A stretch of 63,073 bases of DNA, filler included, from Bilabrum cf. latius (GCA_965178125.1; 2 parts of 2 records of this genome joined end to end with filler, not necessarily neighbours in it); one strand, 5' to 3'; counted from the whole stretch's first letter, positions 48,522 to 60,554 are shown. The notes: generated from the sequence alone by a model not told the origin. Translations and numbers: made by a program.

Positions 48522-50189
48522 ATGTCGTCCTCGACTGGGCAAGCTGTGGAGCATCCGACGAAGCGCCGTCGCTTTTCCGTGAAGCGACCGCCCGCGGTGG
48601 CGTCAGCGCGTGTGCCCGTGCACGAGCCGGTCTTGCCTGAGTCTCAGGCGAGCTCCGCCGCTCCGTCTGTGCACCCATCTCCGTCTGCCGCCCAAGCCGC
48701 AGACAGTGTTGACGGTGCGCGCCGACGCGACATTGCCCTCGGGGCTGTCGCAGATCAATCCGCGAGCAGCTCTCTGGATCACGCTGCGTACACAAAGTTG
48801 TGGCTACGCCTGTCGCGATGGGTCGTGTCGAGTGGGACGGCGGCGGAGAAGACTGTATGGGCGACCCACGGTTTACGCCGCGAGCCCGGCAGTGTCCTGC
48901 GCGATGACCAGTGCGCGCTGCTGCGCCGTTTTCTGGATAGTCGGTCCGATCTTCCGGAATGTGTGCAGCAGGTTGGCGCGTGTCTCATCCGCGGCCACCG
49001 GTCTGGCTCCCAAGGCGTCCAAGGCGGTGCTTCTGAGAGCCGTCCCGCGACGCGTTTGTTTTTGTTGAATGGGCCATGGGGGCTTGTGCCTTCCTTGATT
49101 TTTCAACCAGGCAACCCGGCAGTGGACGTCGACACGGTTGCGATGTCTGTGTCGTTATCGGCGTGGTTTACTGCGCTGCGTGTTGCCTTTCTTGCGTGGC
49201 TCATGCCCTTTGTGGAGCACTGGCGTGTTGTACAGTATGTGTGGTGCGCGGAAGTGTCGCCGACGACCATTCGTGCTCCCCACTCGCAAGCCCGTGTTCA
49301 TTTTCACATTGCATTGCGTGCGCCCTCGGCGGTGTTAGAGTACTTCACGGGGTGTATGTTTCAAAGAATATCCTCGCCCGTTGTGTCTTTGTGCGTCGCC
49401 GAACGTGTGCGTGGTGCTGCACGCGGTTTTCAAGGGTTTTTTTACGTGCAGGCGCCGAAGTTTGGTCGCGTAGACGGCGGTGGAAGTGTCGAGATGTTTC
49501 ATGACTATCTCGTTCAAGCCGACTGGATTATACAGTTACTCCAGTCCGGCAAAATTTCCGTTGGTACTGCGCGTCGGCTGTCTGTGCGCGTAGTGCGAAA
49601 TCTCCCAAACATGCTTCGAACCTTGGCGGCTTATGAATCGGCCACATCCGAGGCGAGTTTGGAAGCGCACGTACAGGCTGTCCAAGCAGAGTTGCGAGGA
49701 GGGATGTGCCCCTTTCGAGAGATAGACGTCGTCTCCGAGTGGTTAGCGGAGTTCAACCGTCTTGCATCCCGCTATCGCTTTTTAATTTTGGACGGCCCCT
49801 CCTGCGTCGGAAAGACGCAGTATGCATGCTCTTTGGCCCATACCGGCCATGTCTTTTTCTGTGATTGCCAACAAGCAACACAGCCCGATCTTCGGTGTTT
49901 TCGACCGCTGCATGATGAGGTGATTGTGATGGATGAGGCTTCGGCATCCTTAGTCATCCACAACAAACGCCTCTTTCAGGCGCCTGCGGAGTGGGTGTCC
50001 TTGTCCCACACGGCGACGAATATGTACAGTTATCGCCAGTGGGTTCACCGCGCGAAGATTGTTGTTTGTTGCAACGATTGGAACGCGGGTTTAAATGTTT
50101 TGTCAGCGTCGGAGAGAGAGTGGATCCAGGACAACAGCCGGTATTATTATGCCGGTGAAGCGCTGTGGGTCCCGCGTACCGCGCTGTAA
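48522..50189 (+). CDS. rep: HUH+SF3 Rep, intact (555 aa), gemini/genomovirus-like
   Basis: LFLLNGPWG (motif I region), VHFHI, FYVQAPK, GPSCVGKT, IVMDE, VVCCN, WIQDNS...ALW. Colinear with A Rep. Confidence 0.9.
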   Translation: MSSSTGQAVEHPTKRRRFSVKRPPAVASARVPVHEPVLPESQASSAAPSVHPSPSAAQAADSVDGARRRDIALGAVADQSASSSLDHAAYTKLWLRLSRWVVSSGTAAEKTVWATHGLRREPGSVLRDDQCALLRRFLDSRSDLPECVQQVGACLIRGHRSGSQGVQGGASESRPATRLFLLNGPWGLVPSLIFQPGNPAVDVDTVAMSVSLSAWFTALRVAFLAWLMPFVEHWRVVQYVWCAEVSPTTIRAPHSQARVHFHIALRAPSAVLEYFTGCMFQRISSPVVSLCVAERVRGAARGFQGFFYVQAPKFGRVDGGGSVEMFHDYLVQADWIIQLLQSGKISVGTARRLSVRVVRNLPNMLRTLAAYESATSEASLEAHVQAVQAELRGGMCPFREIDVVSEWLAEFNRLASRYRFLILDGPSCVGKTQYACSLAHTGHVFFCDCQQATQPDLRCFRPLHDEVIVMDEASASLVIHNKRLFQAPAEWVSLSHTATNMYSYRQWVHRAKIVVCCNDWNAGLNVLSASEREWIQDNSRYYYAGEALWVPRTAL

Positions 50190-52082
50190 TTTTCTCTTGT
50201 GATTGAATCTATATTTCGAAAGCGCGTTTCTTGGCAGGGAGAGGAACGCGTTTGCTGTGCGTCGGAGGTGCGTGTCCTGCAGACATTGTGGAGGGGAGTG
50301 TCGTCTTTGTATTTTTCGGTCGCCACATGCGGGCAGTATTCTGGGCCTAAATTCGTGTCCGAAACGTGGACGCGTTTTGCGATTTTCCCTGTGGGTCTCT
50401 GCCTCGTCATGGTTAACGAGGGGCGTGTTAGGCAGTCTGCCTGATCCGTGTCGGTTTCCTGCGGTCTACGTCCGTGAGAGGAGAGCGTGCAAAATTGTTG
50501 CTTGGCGGCCGCTGTGCGGACATGCGGTTTCCATGTCATGGTGTGTCCTGCAGTGAGCGGGCATCTGTGTAGACGTGTGGTCTGTGCATCATCTTGTCGC
50601 GGATGTGACGGCGGGAAAAATATTTTCTTCAATGTCGTTTTTTTTTTCCCGTGCGCCCATGGTGGACTGCCGGTCATTGATTTCGGGTTGTCATGACGAT
50701 TTGTCGCTTGGCCATCTCACTTTCCCATGATATTTCGTCACTAATTTCAGACCTTCCTAGATGATTTCGAGTCGTGCATTCTTGTCGGGCGGCGAAACGG
50801 CGAGGTCATGATTGCGCCAGTTGGCTTTTCGGACCCTGTCCCGTCTACCGGGCCCGTTTTAAATTGGCCGGCTTTTTTGGCGCGGTCCCGTCCGACTCGG
50901 CAACAGGTGTGCCACACAGCCCGTCAAGGTAACTCCGCGAGAGGTACGCGGGAAGGCCCGCCACGGCCGCATCTCTGCGGACGCCCGCGTCGCAAGCGAA
51001 AGGTAGCTTCTCCTCCGCTCAGATTTTGAAGTTAAGGAACCTGTAGAAAGGCACCAGGACGCGGTCGACGTCGTCATCGTCAAACCGCAGCTCACCATGC
51101 ACGACGTCTTGTAAGACGTCGCGTTCCACCTGCGTACGCACACGGCTGGCTGGCCCGACCCCCGCCCGCCCTCCGTCGCCTGCCTCCTCGTTATTGGGGT
51201 TTTTTGTTTTGCAAATACGACGTGAAGAAGGGGTCCGGACCTGGTCCTCTTGTGAAAAACCCAACTGGCGCATCCATCACCGTGTGTGTGTAAGGTAAGG
51301 TAAACTGCCGCATGCATTGCTCCGTAGGCTGATAGAAAATGACGTGTCCATGACAGAATTTTGTTCCAAGTCGCACGAACCGAAAAATCCCCCATTTCCC
51401 TGGAAACCCTGCTTCTGGACGCGTGTTCGAATATAGATTGTCTTTTTCTCTCTACGGTCGGGAAGACGGGCGGGCGGGTGAGCGGCCGGGCGGGCGCGCG
51501 CGCGGACCGGTGGGCAGGCGGGCGGGTTAGTGGGCGTCCGGATGGGCGGTGAGGCTAGCGCGCGGCCGGGTGGGCCCGCGGGTGTGCAAGCGTGAAGGAG
51601 TAGATCGCGAGAGAGACTAGCGATTTGTTTTGGTATGGATCGCCAAGGGAAACACTGCCAACATTGCTCCGAATGGACCTAAATCGCGGAGAGGTTGTTT
51701 TCATTGCTGACGCATGTTGCTCATTTTTTGCGGGAATCACGGTCCTGGACAATGAGTTTTGATTGCCGAAATCGGGCCGGATTTGGTCCATAGATCGCGA
51801 CACTTCTGGCTAATGGAGTCAAAGTGGACAAAGCTTCGATAAAATTCGTGAGAATCTCTGGGAATTTCTCTGACGCATGTGGCCAAATGCAGCACACTCT
51901 TCCCGGTCCGCAAAGGTGTGGCGCAGTCTACACGTAGAACGTTCTTGTGCGTTCGGTTGCTCGGTGCTTTTCCGCACCCGTGTAGTGCTTCTGCAGGAAA
52001 GTCGCGTGTGGCTGGGGCACTGTGTAGAGTGCCCCCCCCCGGAGGTGTGCTGGTCGGCGGTCCGCGCCGCGGGCCTATTTCA

Positions 52083-52181
52083 GCGGCCGGAAAACGGCCG
52101 CAAAAAATAGAGGAAAAAAAGGGGACCCAACAGTCGGGTCCCCCATTTTTGCCCCCGGTTTTGGTGCCGTTTTCCGGCCGC
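52083..52181. repeat. Second TIR-TIR junction of B
   Basis: Same sequence as 38395-38493. Confidence 0.72.
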
Positions 52182-52749
52182 GAAATGGTGGCCGTATTCT
52201 GGGCCCAATTTCGCGTCCGCCAGGTGGACGCGTTTTGCGGTCCTCCCTGTGGGTCTGTGCCTCGTCATGGTAAACGAGGGGCGTCTGAGGCAGTCTGCGT
52301 TATCCGTGTCGGTGCCCTGTGGCACAAGTCCGTCACAGGAGAGCGCGCCAAATTGTTGTCTAGCACCCGCCGTGCTGGCGTGTGGTTTTGCGGTCCTGGT
52401 GTGTCCTGTAGGGTGCGGGCATTTGTGTAGACCTGTGGTCTGTGTATGACATTGTTGCGGAAGCGAGGGCGGGAAAAATATTTTTATCTCATAGTTTCTT
52501 CTCTTTTGCGTGCGCCCATGGTAAGCTGCCGGTCCTTGATATGCGATTTTCAGGACAATACGGAGATTGGCCATGTCATTGTCCCATGTCTGCGTGGAAC
52601 AGCATGAGCGTATCATGGCATTGTTTTCTCGCATGCATCTTTTCCAAGTGATCATTCATTCCTCTCCGAAATGTTGGTGCTCGCATTCAGACGTCGTTTG
52701 ATTGCGTCTTTTTGTCGCCCCATCCCGAGTTTCCTCTTCATCCGTGGGT

Positions 52750-53199
52750 ATGGCGTGGTATGGAAGTGCTTCGCCCATTTCTCCGGCTGATGAAGCGGAA
52801 GAGGTGGTGGACATGCCGGCGTCCTCAAGCGCTGCTGGCGAAAAGGTGAGCGACCCGTCCGCATGGGTGCGCTCATATATGCGCTCGTGTGAAGCGCAGT
52901 ACAGGAGATGGGTGCAGTCGCTCCACGACTCGAGGGACGAGGGCGTGAAATATCAGTGGTGGACAGACGCTGAGTTTCGCAAAGCCGGCGTACCGCCGCG
53001 GTTGCCGTGTGAGAGCCCTGCCTTCGGGACGGAGAAAGGGTTGCCATGGATTGTTTTCCATAAGCACCCTGATCTGGTGCCCATCGGCCACGCCGAGTGG
53101 CAAGAATTCAATCGGCGCATTCGGTGGCTCGGATGTACGCCGACCCAGGGCGTCGAACTCCGACGTCGTGCTCGCGAAGTCGGTGTCAAATGGCCGTAA
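52750..53199 (+). CDS. ORF-X (next B copy)
   Basis: Identical protein to 39062-39511. Confidence 0.8.
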   Translation: MAWYGSASPISPADEAEEVVDMPASSSAAGEKVSDPSAWVRSYMRSCEAQYRRWVQSLHDSRDEGVKYQWWTDAEFRKAGVPPRLPCESPAFGTEKGLPWIVFHKHPDLVPIGHAEWQEFNRRIRWLGCTPTQGVELRRRAREVGVKWP

Positions 53200-54252
53200 A
53201 ACGCCATGACGCCTTTGTGTTCGTGACGACCGGCATGAAACAGACAGTGCCGGGCAACGCGAACTTTGTTTGTATAGCTTGTTTTTTTCAATGTATAGTG
53301 CGTGCTTGTGTCCCGCAACAAACCTTGAGCATCCGTTGTCATTGCGGTTCGGATGGAAAGATCCGTTGCCGGAGTCCTGATGATGCTTACTGCAGGGCTT
53401 GTCGGACAACATGTCTGTGCAGAAGGCAATTTCATATGTTTACTCGCTCTGTCAGAATTTGGTCTTGGTGATTGTCACACGAAAAGAATTGACCGGCCGC
53501 GACCATACCGTGTGTGTGTGTGTGTGTGTGTGTGAAAGTGTTATCATTTTTTGATCGATCCACCAATGTGGCTAGTCTCATTTCTCGGAAGCAGTCCATT
53601 CGGATTTGCATGAGTTCCGTGCACGACACTGCATTGGCTGTTTTTTTCCGTCACCTTTCGTAGCCGATCACATGCTTGTGCCATCAGGGAGTCGGACGGG
53701 CAAGTGTGTCTGCATCTGTGGCGCATGTGAAAAGAAGCGCAAAGCGCGATGGATAATGTCATTAACAATGCCTTCCTGCATTGGTATGTGAATGTTCGAG
53801 AAAGGGACTGATCATTGTTTTCTTTTTCATGTCTCGCCGTGCGCCCAAGGAGAGCTGCCGGTGGAAACAAGTTGTTGCTTTCATCACGTCTTTTTTTTTT
53901 GCGGAGGTGCACATGGTGATGGAAACTTGCAGCTCTGATCTTCTTCCAATCTTGGTCATGCTCGTCACAGCGGTAGCATTGATTGGTACAGGCATGGTGT
54001 TTTCGCAGCAAGTGCGAGAGTGATGTTGCAGGTCACTTCCCTATGAGAAACGGGCGTTCACGCGGGGCGAGAGACGCTAATGAGCAGGCGGCACGGTGGA
54101 CCTTCGGCTAGAGGTGCGAACAGTCGGGCGAGCGGACGGGCGGTCTTCGGGCCTAGAACCGAGCGTGAGTTATATGTGTTTCGCATGATTTTTTTCAGCG
54201 AGTGTCAGAGCGTCCCGAAACGATCCGCGCGCAATAAACCCGCGAGCGTATC

Positions 54253-54907
54253 ATGGCTTCTCGGTCGTGCGCGATTGAGGGATGCTCGAACGTCGCTGCG
54301 GTCCGCTGCTTGGCTGTCGGCGGACCTTACTGTGGGGCGCACTGCAGTTGTGAGGGACACAGCATCGACTCTCGCGCCCCGGCGCGCGTCGTGGAGTTTA
54401 GGGGTCACAACTCAGGCGCTCCTTGCATGGAATTCGGTATGAGGCGCTTTGGGAACTCCGTGATTGCGGCACGTATTTGGTGTATGATGAAAAGATGTTG
54501 TGCCTCGCGTACAACATCGAATCTGTCACTGGTGCGATGAAGTTCGTGATTGCGGTGTTTGCGGCGCGTCTTGCATGGGGACACGTTGCCCACGGAGCAT
54601 CGCGCATGTGTCGCGGTGGCTTGGACAACGTTGTCCGAAGCGCTGGGGAGCGACTCGAAGGGGTCGCATGCTCGAGAGTTTGCGGTCAATCTATGAATGC
54701 GCAGACGTTGCTGACGTCGGGATGCGAGTTGCCCGCATGTGGGCGCGGGCGTTGACTCCGATCTCGTCGTTGTCAGCGAGCTCGAGCGCGGCCTCCTCGT
54801 CGCGCGAGCGCACGCCGCCACCACTTCGGTCGTCGAGTGTTGCAGCAGCGATGGCGGAGGTAATATCGGCATGCGTACTTGTAGCGGGGACACGGCATGG
54901 CTTTTAG
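54253..54907 (+). CDS. Zn-finger-like hypothetical protein, copy with multiple indels
   Basis: Matches 40541-41191 with several 1-2 bp indels, likely read errors. Confidence 0.4.
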
Positions 54908-55934
54908 GAACATTGCAGTCATCTCCTTTGAGTGATCTGGGGTACTTTCCTCGAGCATTTTTCTGGCCTTTTCATACGAGCGTGGAGTTTTTCTGAGGAG
55001 GCATCCACCGCGCAACAGTTTGCTTATGACAGGGAATGTCTGACATTTCCGGGCGGGTGGGCGGCCCGGAGTGCGGGCGCGCGGGCGGGCCTGTTCGCGG
55101 GCAGGCGGGCGGAGGACGGGCGGGCGGGCGGGCAGGCGGGCGGGCGGGCGAGTGGTCGGGCGAGCGATCGGGTGGGTGCGCGGGCGATCGGGCGGGCGGG
55201 GGAGCGGGCAGAAAGCCGAGGGGCTATCCGGTGGAGCTGTTGGGCCGGCGAGCCCGCGGGTCGCCACGCGTACGCGCGTGGGCGCGCGCGGGTGTGCGCA
55301 AGCAGGCGAGCGCGCGCACGCGTGGGCAGGCAGGCTCGCGGGCGGACGGGTCGGCTGGCTGTCGGACGGGCGGACGGACGGGCGGCCGGGTGGGCGGGAG
55401 CGAGCGTGCGCGAGTGGATTGGTGTAGGCGGGCGGGCGCGCGGGCTAGCCAGCGGGTTCGCGAGCGGGCGGGCCACGGGCGGACGGAGGCGCGAGCGGGC
55501 AAACCGGCCAACGGGCCTGAGGGCCGGCGAGCGGGCTGGCGGGTGGGCGCCCGGGCGGGCCGGTGGGCGGGCCTCTGGGCGGACGCACGGTCGAGTGGGC
55601 GGGCAGGCGTGCGGGCAATTGGGTGAAAGGGCGGGCGGGTGCACGCGGGTGGGCGGACGAAAGGGCGAGCGGGCGAGCGGTCGTACGGGCGGGCGGGCGG
55701 GCAGACGGGCGGACGGGCGAGCGGGCGGGCGCGCGGGCGGGTCGCCACGGGCGGAGTGTATCCATTCAGTGGTCTTTTTTTTCCGCCGTGCGCCCTCGTG
55801 AGCTGCCGGTGTTTTGTCCAGAAATATGAATCTGAACGCGGGAAGGACCGAGCATTTTTTCTTCTTGGATTCATACCCAGGTCTCCAGCGCCTCTATATA
55901 CAAAACATGGCTTGGGCCTTGGAAAGAAAAGGTG

Positions 55935-57041
55935 ATGGCGACAAGCAGCGTCGACCAGGCGTCGATCACGGAGGCGGTCGCGAGGGCGGACATTCCGGCA
56001 GAGCTGGTCTCCGAGGCGGAGATAGCGAACGCGCCGGAAATGCCCGCCGCAACGGCAAGCCGGGTGACGACTGAGAGCGGCACGACCCTAGGCGCCTATC
56101 TCATGGTCGATGAATTGCCGTCATACGCACGGCGTTTTAAGGGCATGCCTGGCGACGTTCCGCCGTGGCCGCCCACGGCCCAGAGGCCAGCCGGGCCCCT
56201 GGCTTGGCGAGGCGGTATGGGCCGTTTCATGTGGGACGGCGTGGAGAACGCGCCGGCCCCGCACATCCGGCGGTGGCGCGGAACTAATCCAGTCATCGCT
56301 CTGGATGCTGGTCGGACCCGAAGCTTCACTCGTTGGGTCGCCGCAGGCGGTTCGATAGGGCGACGCGACGCCCGACCGATTACAGCGGTCCATACCTTGT
56401 GGGAATGGATCGCGACCCGACCGCGGTTGGTGAATGGCATTCTTCGCGGTGCCATAGACCGCCCGGAGGGTTCTTTTTCTCCCCTCGGTTTCTATGTGCG
56501 ATTCGATTTGCCCGCGGCAGACAGGATCGCCACGGATTTCGACGAGACCCGGTTCCGAACGAGCTTCCATGGTACAGCGCTGGAAGTACTTCACCGCATT
56601 GTTTTTGGCGGTCTCGCGACCGGGTGGGCTCGGAATTTTGAGGCCGGGCGGGAGTTGCAGGGAATTTATACATTCGCGCCTCAACGTGCGCATCTTTTGT
56701 CGTCGTATATATTGTACAGTGCCCTCGACGACTCGGGGTGGTTGTATGGTCCTTTTTTAGAGGTCCGCAGTCCACACGATGATCCGCAAAAGCGGAAAAC
56801 CGTCCTGCGCCGATCAGGCGGAGGGGACCGCCACCAGTGGATCTCCTACCCCGATAGCACTTTTCCCACGCATGTCTGGGTGCACATTGTGCACGTGTCA
56901 ACGCTGTACTTGCATCCCGCAGACGCGGGTGTGTCTCTGTACGCGGAACCGGCATTCCAGCATTCGCTGGAAGTACACCCAGACGCAAGCTGGGAATACC
57001 TTTTGCATGCGAGTAGGCAGGCAGCGGACGTGGTTGTCTAA
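55935..57041 (+). CDS. Putative ADP-ribosyltransferase, second copy
   Basis: Identical protein to 42218-43324. Confidence 0.6.
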   Translation: MATSSVDQASITEAVARADIPAELVSEAEIANAPEMPAATASRVTTESGTTLGAYLMVDELPSYARRFKGMPGDVPPWPPTAQRPAGPLAWRGGMGRFMWDGVENAPAPHIRRWRGTNPVIALDAGRTRSFTRWVAAGGSIGRRDARPITAVHTLWEWIATRPRLVNGILRGAIDRPEGSFSPLGFYVRFDLPAADRIATDFDETRFRTSFHGTALEVLHRIVFGGLATGWARNFEAGRELQGIYTFAPQRAHLLSSYILYSALDDSGWLYGPFLEVRSPHDDPQKRKTVLRRSGGGDRHQWISYPDSTFPTHVWVHIVHVSTLYLHPADAGVSLYAEPAFQHSLEVHPDASWEYLLHASRQAADVVV

Positions 57042-58227
57042 GAAGGATACGTGTCCTCTGCTGCGATGGAATGCGATGGACTGTGATCGCGTGCATGGAA
57101 AATCCACATCGCCGTGCGCCCACGTGAGCTGCCGGTGTACCCTTGGCATGTCTCACTTGGTCAATGTTATGATGACGACATGCAGGAAATGGTGAAAGCG
57201 CGTGACGCTTCACTAGCACGAGCTCATGCCCACGCTTCCATCTAGAGACACATCGCCGTGCGCCCACGTGAGCTGCCGGTGTCGCGTTTGCATGTGTGAG
57301 TTGCTCAATTTTCTCATGATGGAATTCATCACAGTAAGAATTGGCATGCGACTGGGCAGGTGAGCGGGGAGCCGAGCGGGCGGGCGGACGGGCGGACGGG
57401 CCAGCGGGTGGACGGGAGGGCGGGCTAGCGGGCGGGCGGGCGGGCGGACGGCGGGGCGGACGGGCCGGTGCGCGGGCGAACGGACGGGCTTGCAGGCGGG
57501 CGGGCGGGCGCGCGAGCTGATGGACGGAATGACACGCGGGTGGGCGGGAGGGCGGGCGGGCAGGTGGGCGGGCGGGCGAGCGGGGGGGCGGGCGGGCGGA
57601 CGAGCTCATGTGCGGGTAGACCAAGGGCGAACGGGAGAACGGGCGGGCGGGCAGGAGGGCCGGCGGGCGGGCGGGCGGGTGGACTTGCGGACGAGCGGGT
57701 GGGCGGGAACCAGCGGACGCAGACTCTTTTGCAGAACGGAGTCGTTCCTTGTTCTCGTGGATTTTTGGTTGTATGATGGCGACCCCAGGCACATTCCACG
57801 AAGAAGTCGAAGCAGGAAAAGCCCAAGGTAGAGGGCGGAAGTTCACCATGGCTGAGTCCGCAATCGCGGGGAAAGGGAATCCCAAGTTCTATGATGCCGC
57901 GATTACCTAGGCCAAACGCTTATTCCGGAAATGATCTGGGGCACGTTGGAAAAAGGGCCACAGGAGAGCAGGACTCAACATACGAGATCCGTGAAAAAAG
58001 GGCTGTACCAAAACCCCGCCGAGCATGCAGCGAAACTTGATGACGACGACGCAAATGACGAACTGTGGTTAGCGCACCCCGCAACACGAGAACCACGCAC
58101 TGCAAGCGCATCCGCCAGTGCACACTTCCCTACAGGGACCTGTAACCCGGCACGAAAGCCCCCCGACAGCGGCATCTTGTCTGCAGCCCTTTTCGCGAGC
58201 CGCCTCTGAAAAGCTGAGGCCCGAACG

Positions 58228-60213
58228 ATGAAAAGGTCCGCCATCACCGACGCACGTGCGCGCCGCAATGACCTCACGGATGCTTTACGCAAAATGCGGA
58301 GCGAAATCCGGGCGGAAGAGCGACGCGATGCCGAGCGTACCGCAGACACGGCGAGCGATGTTGAGGTGACCGACAAGAACTGCACACCTCGATATCGAGA
58401 CACCGCGATCGTGATTTACATGCGTGTCCCAGACAGCGGGAAGGCAGCGCAAACCTTCCTGGAAGTATCCCTCGGGCGGAAATTGGGCGTGCCCGTCAAC
58501 GCGGCGAAGTTCATGAACGTGGTGCGAGAGAAAAGTACCGCAACAAACATGAACAACGAGGCCACGACGGGATGGTGGAATCGACGACAAAGCGACGCCG
58601 AGAAGTATCTGCGCGAAAAAGATCTGGTGCAATGGATCGATGAGCAGAACCGGGGACGCGGTCTCGCGCCGAGTACTCGGACCGTCTACACACAACGTAC
58701 GCGCGCTTCGGCATGCGAAAGTGTGGCCACTGCCGCTCACGACGTCCCATTGCATGCAGCGCTCCCCCCGCGAAGGAAAAAATGGATGCGTGGCTTTATG
58801 CGTCGATGGGCGCTACGCCGCGGCACGCTCCCCTCCGGGACGGGCACGACGACGGAGGAGGCGGCACGGAAGGTTCCGGCAGGAAAGAGCCCCACATTTG
58901 CCCCACCGGCGGCTCCCAAAAAATCGGCCCCCCGGGCCACTTTTGCGGGCCCAGTTTGGCGGCCAGAAAATGGCCACGATTTGGGGCCCACGCATTCATT
59001 CCACCACATGGGGGGTGGCCGGATTCCGGCCGCAGAATCGGGCCCGCCAAATCGTCCCACAGACCACCGCGTTCCCGGCAAACACGAGGCAACGGCCATG
59101 TGGAAGTGGGCGAATTTTTTGGAGCACACCGTGCCGCACAACAAAACGACCGTCTTCCTCAATTTCGACGAGAGTTCGTGCCGCCTGTGGACACCGCCGA
59201 AGCCAGGTTTACTGAGTGCCCGAACACACCTCGAAGTCAGGCGCGGCCGCGTGCCGCGACAGGTGGCATCCCTCAAGAATAAGCGCACGGCTTTCTCTCT
59301 TCTCGCTTTCCTTGCAGACAATGTGGAGATACAGAAAGCATTGCCGCAAATTCTCTTGGTGAATTCGCACACCATTTCCGCCGCTGATACGACGTGGCTC
59401 CGCGAACAAACACGGAATTCAGGAGTTACTGTAGAGCGGCGGAAAACCGCGTGGTTGAAAGGCCCAGAACTCGGTCGCGTTCTGCGACTCGCAGGCCGCG
59501 CGTTAGAGCCATGGAAGGCGTCGCACAAATTCATTCTCGCACTCGATGCCTGCCCGACGCATTGGACAGCGAGCGTCGCACGCGCAGCCGCGGAGAGCGA
59601 TATCAGAATTGTGTTCGTGCCACCATGCACGACGTCCTTCCTGCAACCACTGGATGTGCACGTCTTTCACCATTTGAAACGCGCTGCGAGAAATGGTCTC
59701 GAAGAGCTGTACATAAAACAGCCAGTGGGGCCAATTCCGAGCAGAGATGTCGTGCGCATGTGGGCCAAAGCCACGCGGGAAGTTTTGCAGGCGCGGTGCT
59801 GGAAATTCGCGTTTCTCTCTTGTGGCTTCGGGCAAGGTCAGGAGCACCTCGGCACCCGATGCAGAGCTCGCACCGGCCTGGAAGCACCCCCAACTGTAGG
59901 ACACGAGCTCCCATCGCTGGAGGAGCTCCAACTTTGTACAACAGCACGGGCACGGTTGCCGCTCGGGTGGTGGTTCCATTTGCCCGTGCGCGCGGAACGC
60001 GAAAATGCCCTTCCGGCAGCTTTTTCAGCTCTAGCGCGTCCCGAGACCGCAGCGCCAGAACTCGCCGCCCCAGACGGGGCCGCGGGCGACGCAAGCGCCT
60101 TTCGCTCGGAAGCGCCGACATGTCCGAGCGCAGCGAGGCCGCAAGCGACGACGAGCGCGCCATCGAGGCTGCCGAGAGCGCGCCGGCTCTGGCCGGCGAC
60201 GCGAAGGCCGTAG
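58228..60213 (+). CDS. pogo-like DD35D transposase; exons 58228-58872 and 59089-60213
   Basis: As 44511-46495. The intron is 216 bp here, so the ORF reads through by chance. Confidence 0.9.
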   Translation: MKRSAITDARARRNDLTDALRKMRSEIRAEERRDAERTADTASDVEVTDKNCTPRYRDTAIVIYMRVPDSGKAAQTFLEVSLGRKLGVPVNAAKFMNVVREKSTATNMNNEATTGWWNRRQSDAEKYLREKDLVQWIDEQNRGRGLAPSTRTVYTQRTRASACESVATAAHDVPLHAALPPRRKKWMRGFMRRWALRRGTLPSGTGTTTEEAARKVPAGKSPTFAPPAAPKKSAPRATFAGPVWRPENGHDLGPTHSFHHMGGGRIPAAESGPPNRPTDHRVPGKHEATAMWKWANFLEHTVPHNKTTVFLNFDESSCRLWTPPKPGLLSARTHLEVRRGRVPRQVASLKNKRTAFSLLAFLADNVEIQKALPQILLVNSHTISAADTTWLREQTRNSGVTVERRKTAWLKGPELGRVLRLAGRALEPWKASHKFILALDACPTHWTASVARAAAESDIRIVFVPPCTTSFLQPLDVHVFHHLKRAARNGLEELYIKQPVGPIPSRDVVRMWAKATREVLQARCWKFAFLSCGFGQGQEHLGTRCRARTGLEAPPTVGHELPSLEELQLCTTARARLPLGWWFHLPVRAERENALPAAFSALARPETAAPELAAPDGAAGDASAFRSEAPTCPSAARPQATTSAPSRLPRARRLWPATRRP

Positions 60214-60554
60214 CAGAAGAAAGGCAGCTTGACGACGCAGTCGCTGCGACAACGGCCGCTCCCGGAGGCGCGCCGCCGAAGCCGCTCTCGACGAAAATCG
60301 ACGAGCTGCGGGCGAAACAGGCGGCAATGACAGCCGAGCGAAAGCGGGTGACAAAAGACCTCCGCAACCACGAAAAGCGACGTCGCCGTTTGAAAGCAAA
60401 CGCACGTCGTCTGAGCAACGACGACCTCGCCGAGGTCATGCTCATGCGCGAGGCAAGTCGCCCGGACGCCGAGAGCGAAAAGGCCGGCGACGCAGCGTCG
60501 TCATCCGCCTCCGCGAAAAAGCCGAAAAAGAAGTCGTCCGCGAAGGAGGCGTGA
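60120..60554 (+). CDS. Small basic coiled-coil protein (B copy 3)
   Basis: Identical to 46402-46836. Confidence 0.8.
   Translation: MSERSEAASDDERAIEAAESAPALAGDAKAVAEERQLDDAVAATTAAPGGAPPKPLSTKIDELRAKQAAMTAERKRVTKDLRNHEKRRRRLKANARRLSNDDLAEVMLMREASRPDAESEKAGDAASSSASAKKPKKKSSAKEA

Larger units (their letters stand above)
38443..52133 (+). mobile_element. Element B, complete copy (~13.69 kb) between CAG-centred junctions
   Basis: Junctions at 38443-38445 and 52131-52133. Gene order ORF-X, ZnF, ART, transposase, coiled-coil, hairpin, Rep is syntenic with A. Confidence 0.78.

Noticed and set aside
58228-60213. Uninterrupted 661 aa transposase ORF
   Set aside because: Read-through depends on one extra base in the intron; the other B copy and A need splicing at this position.
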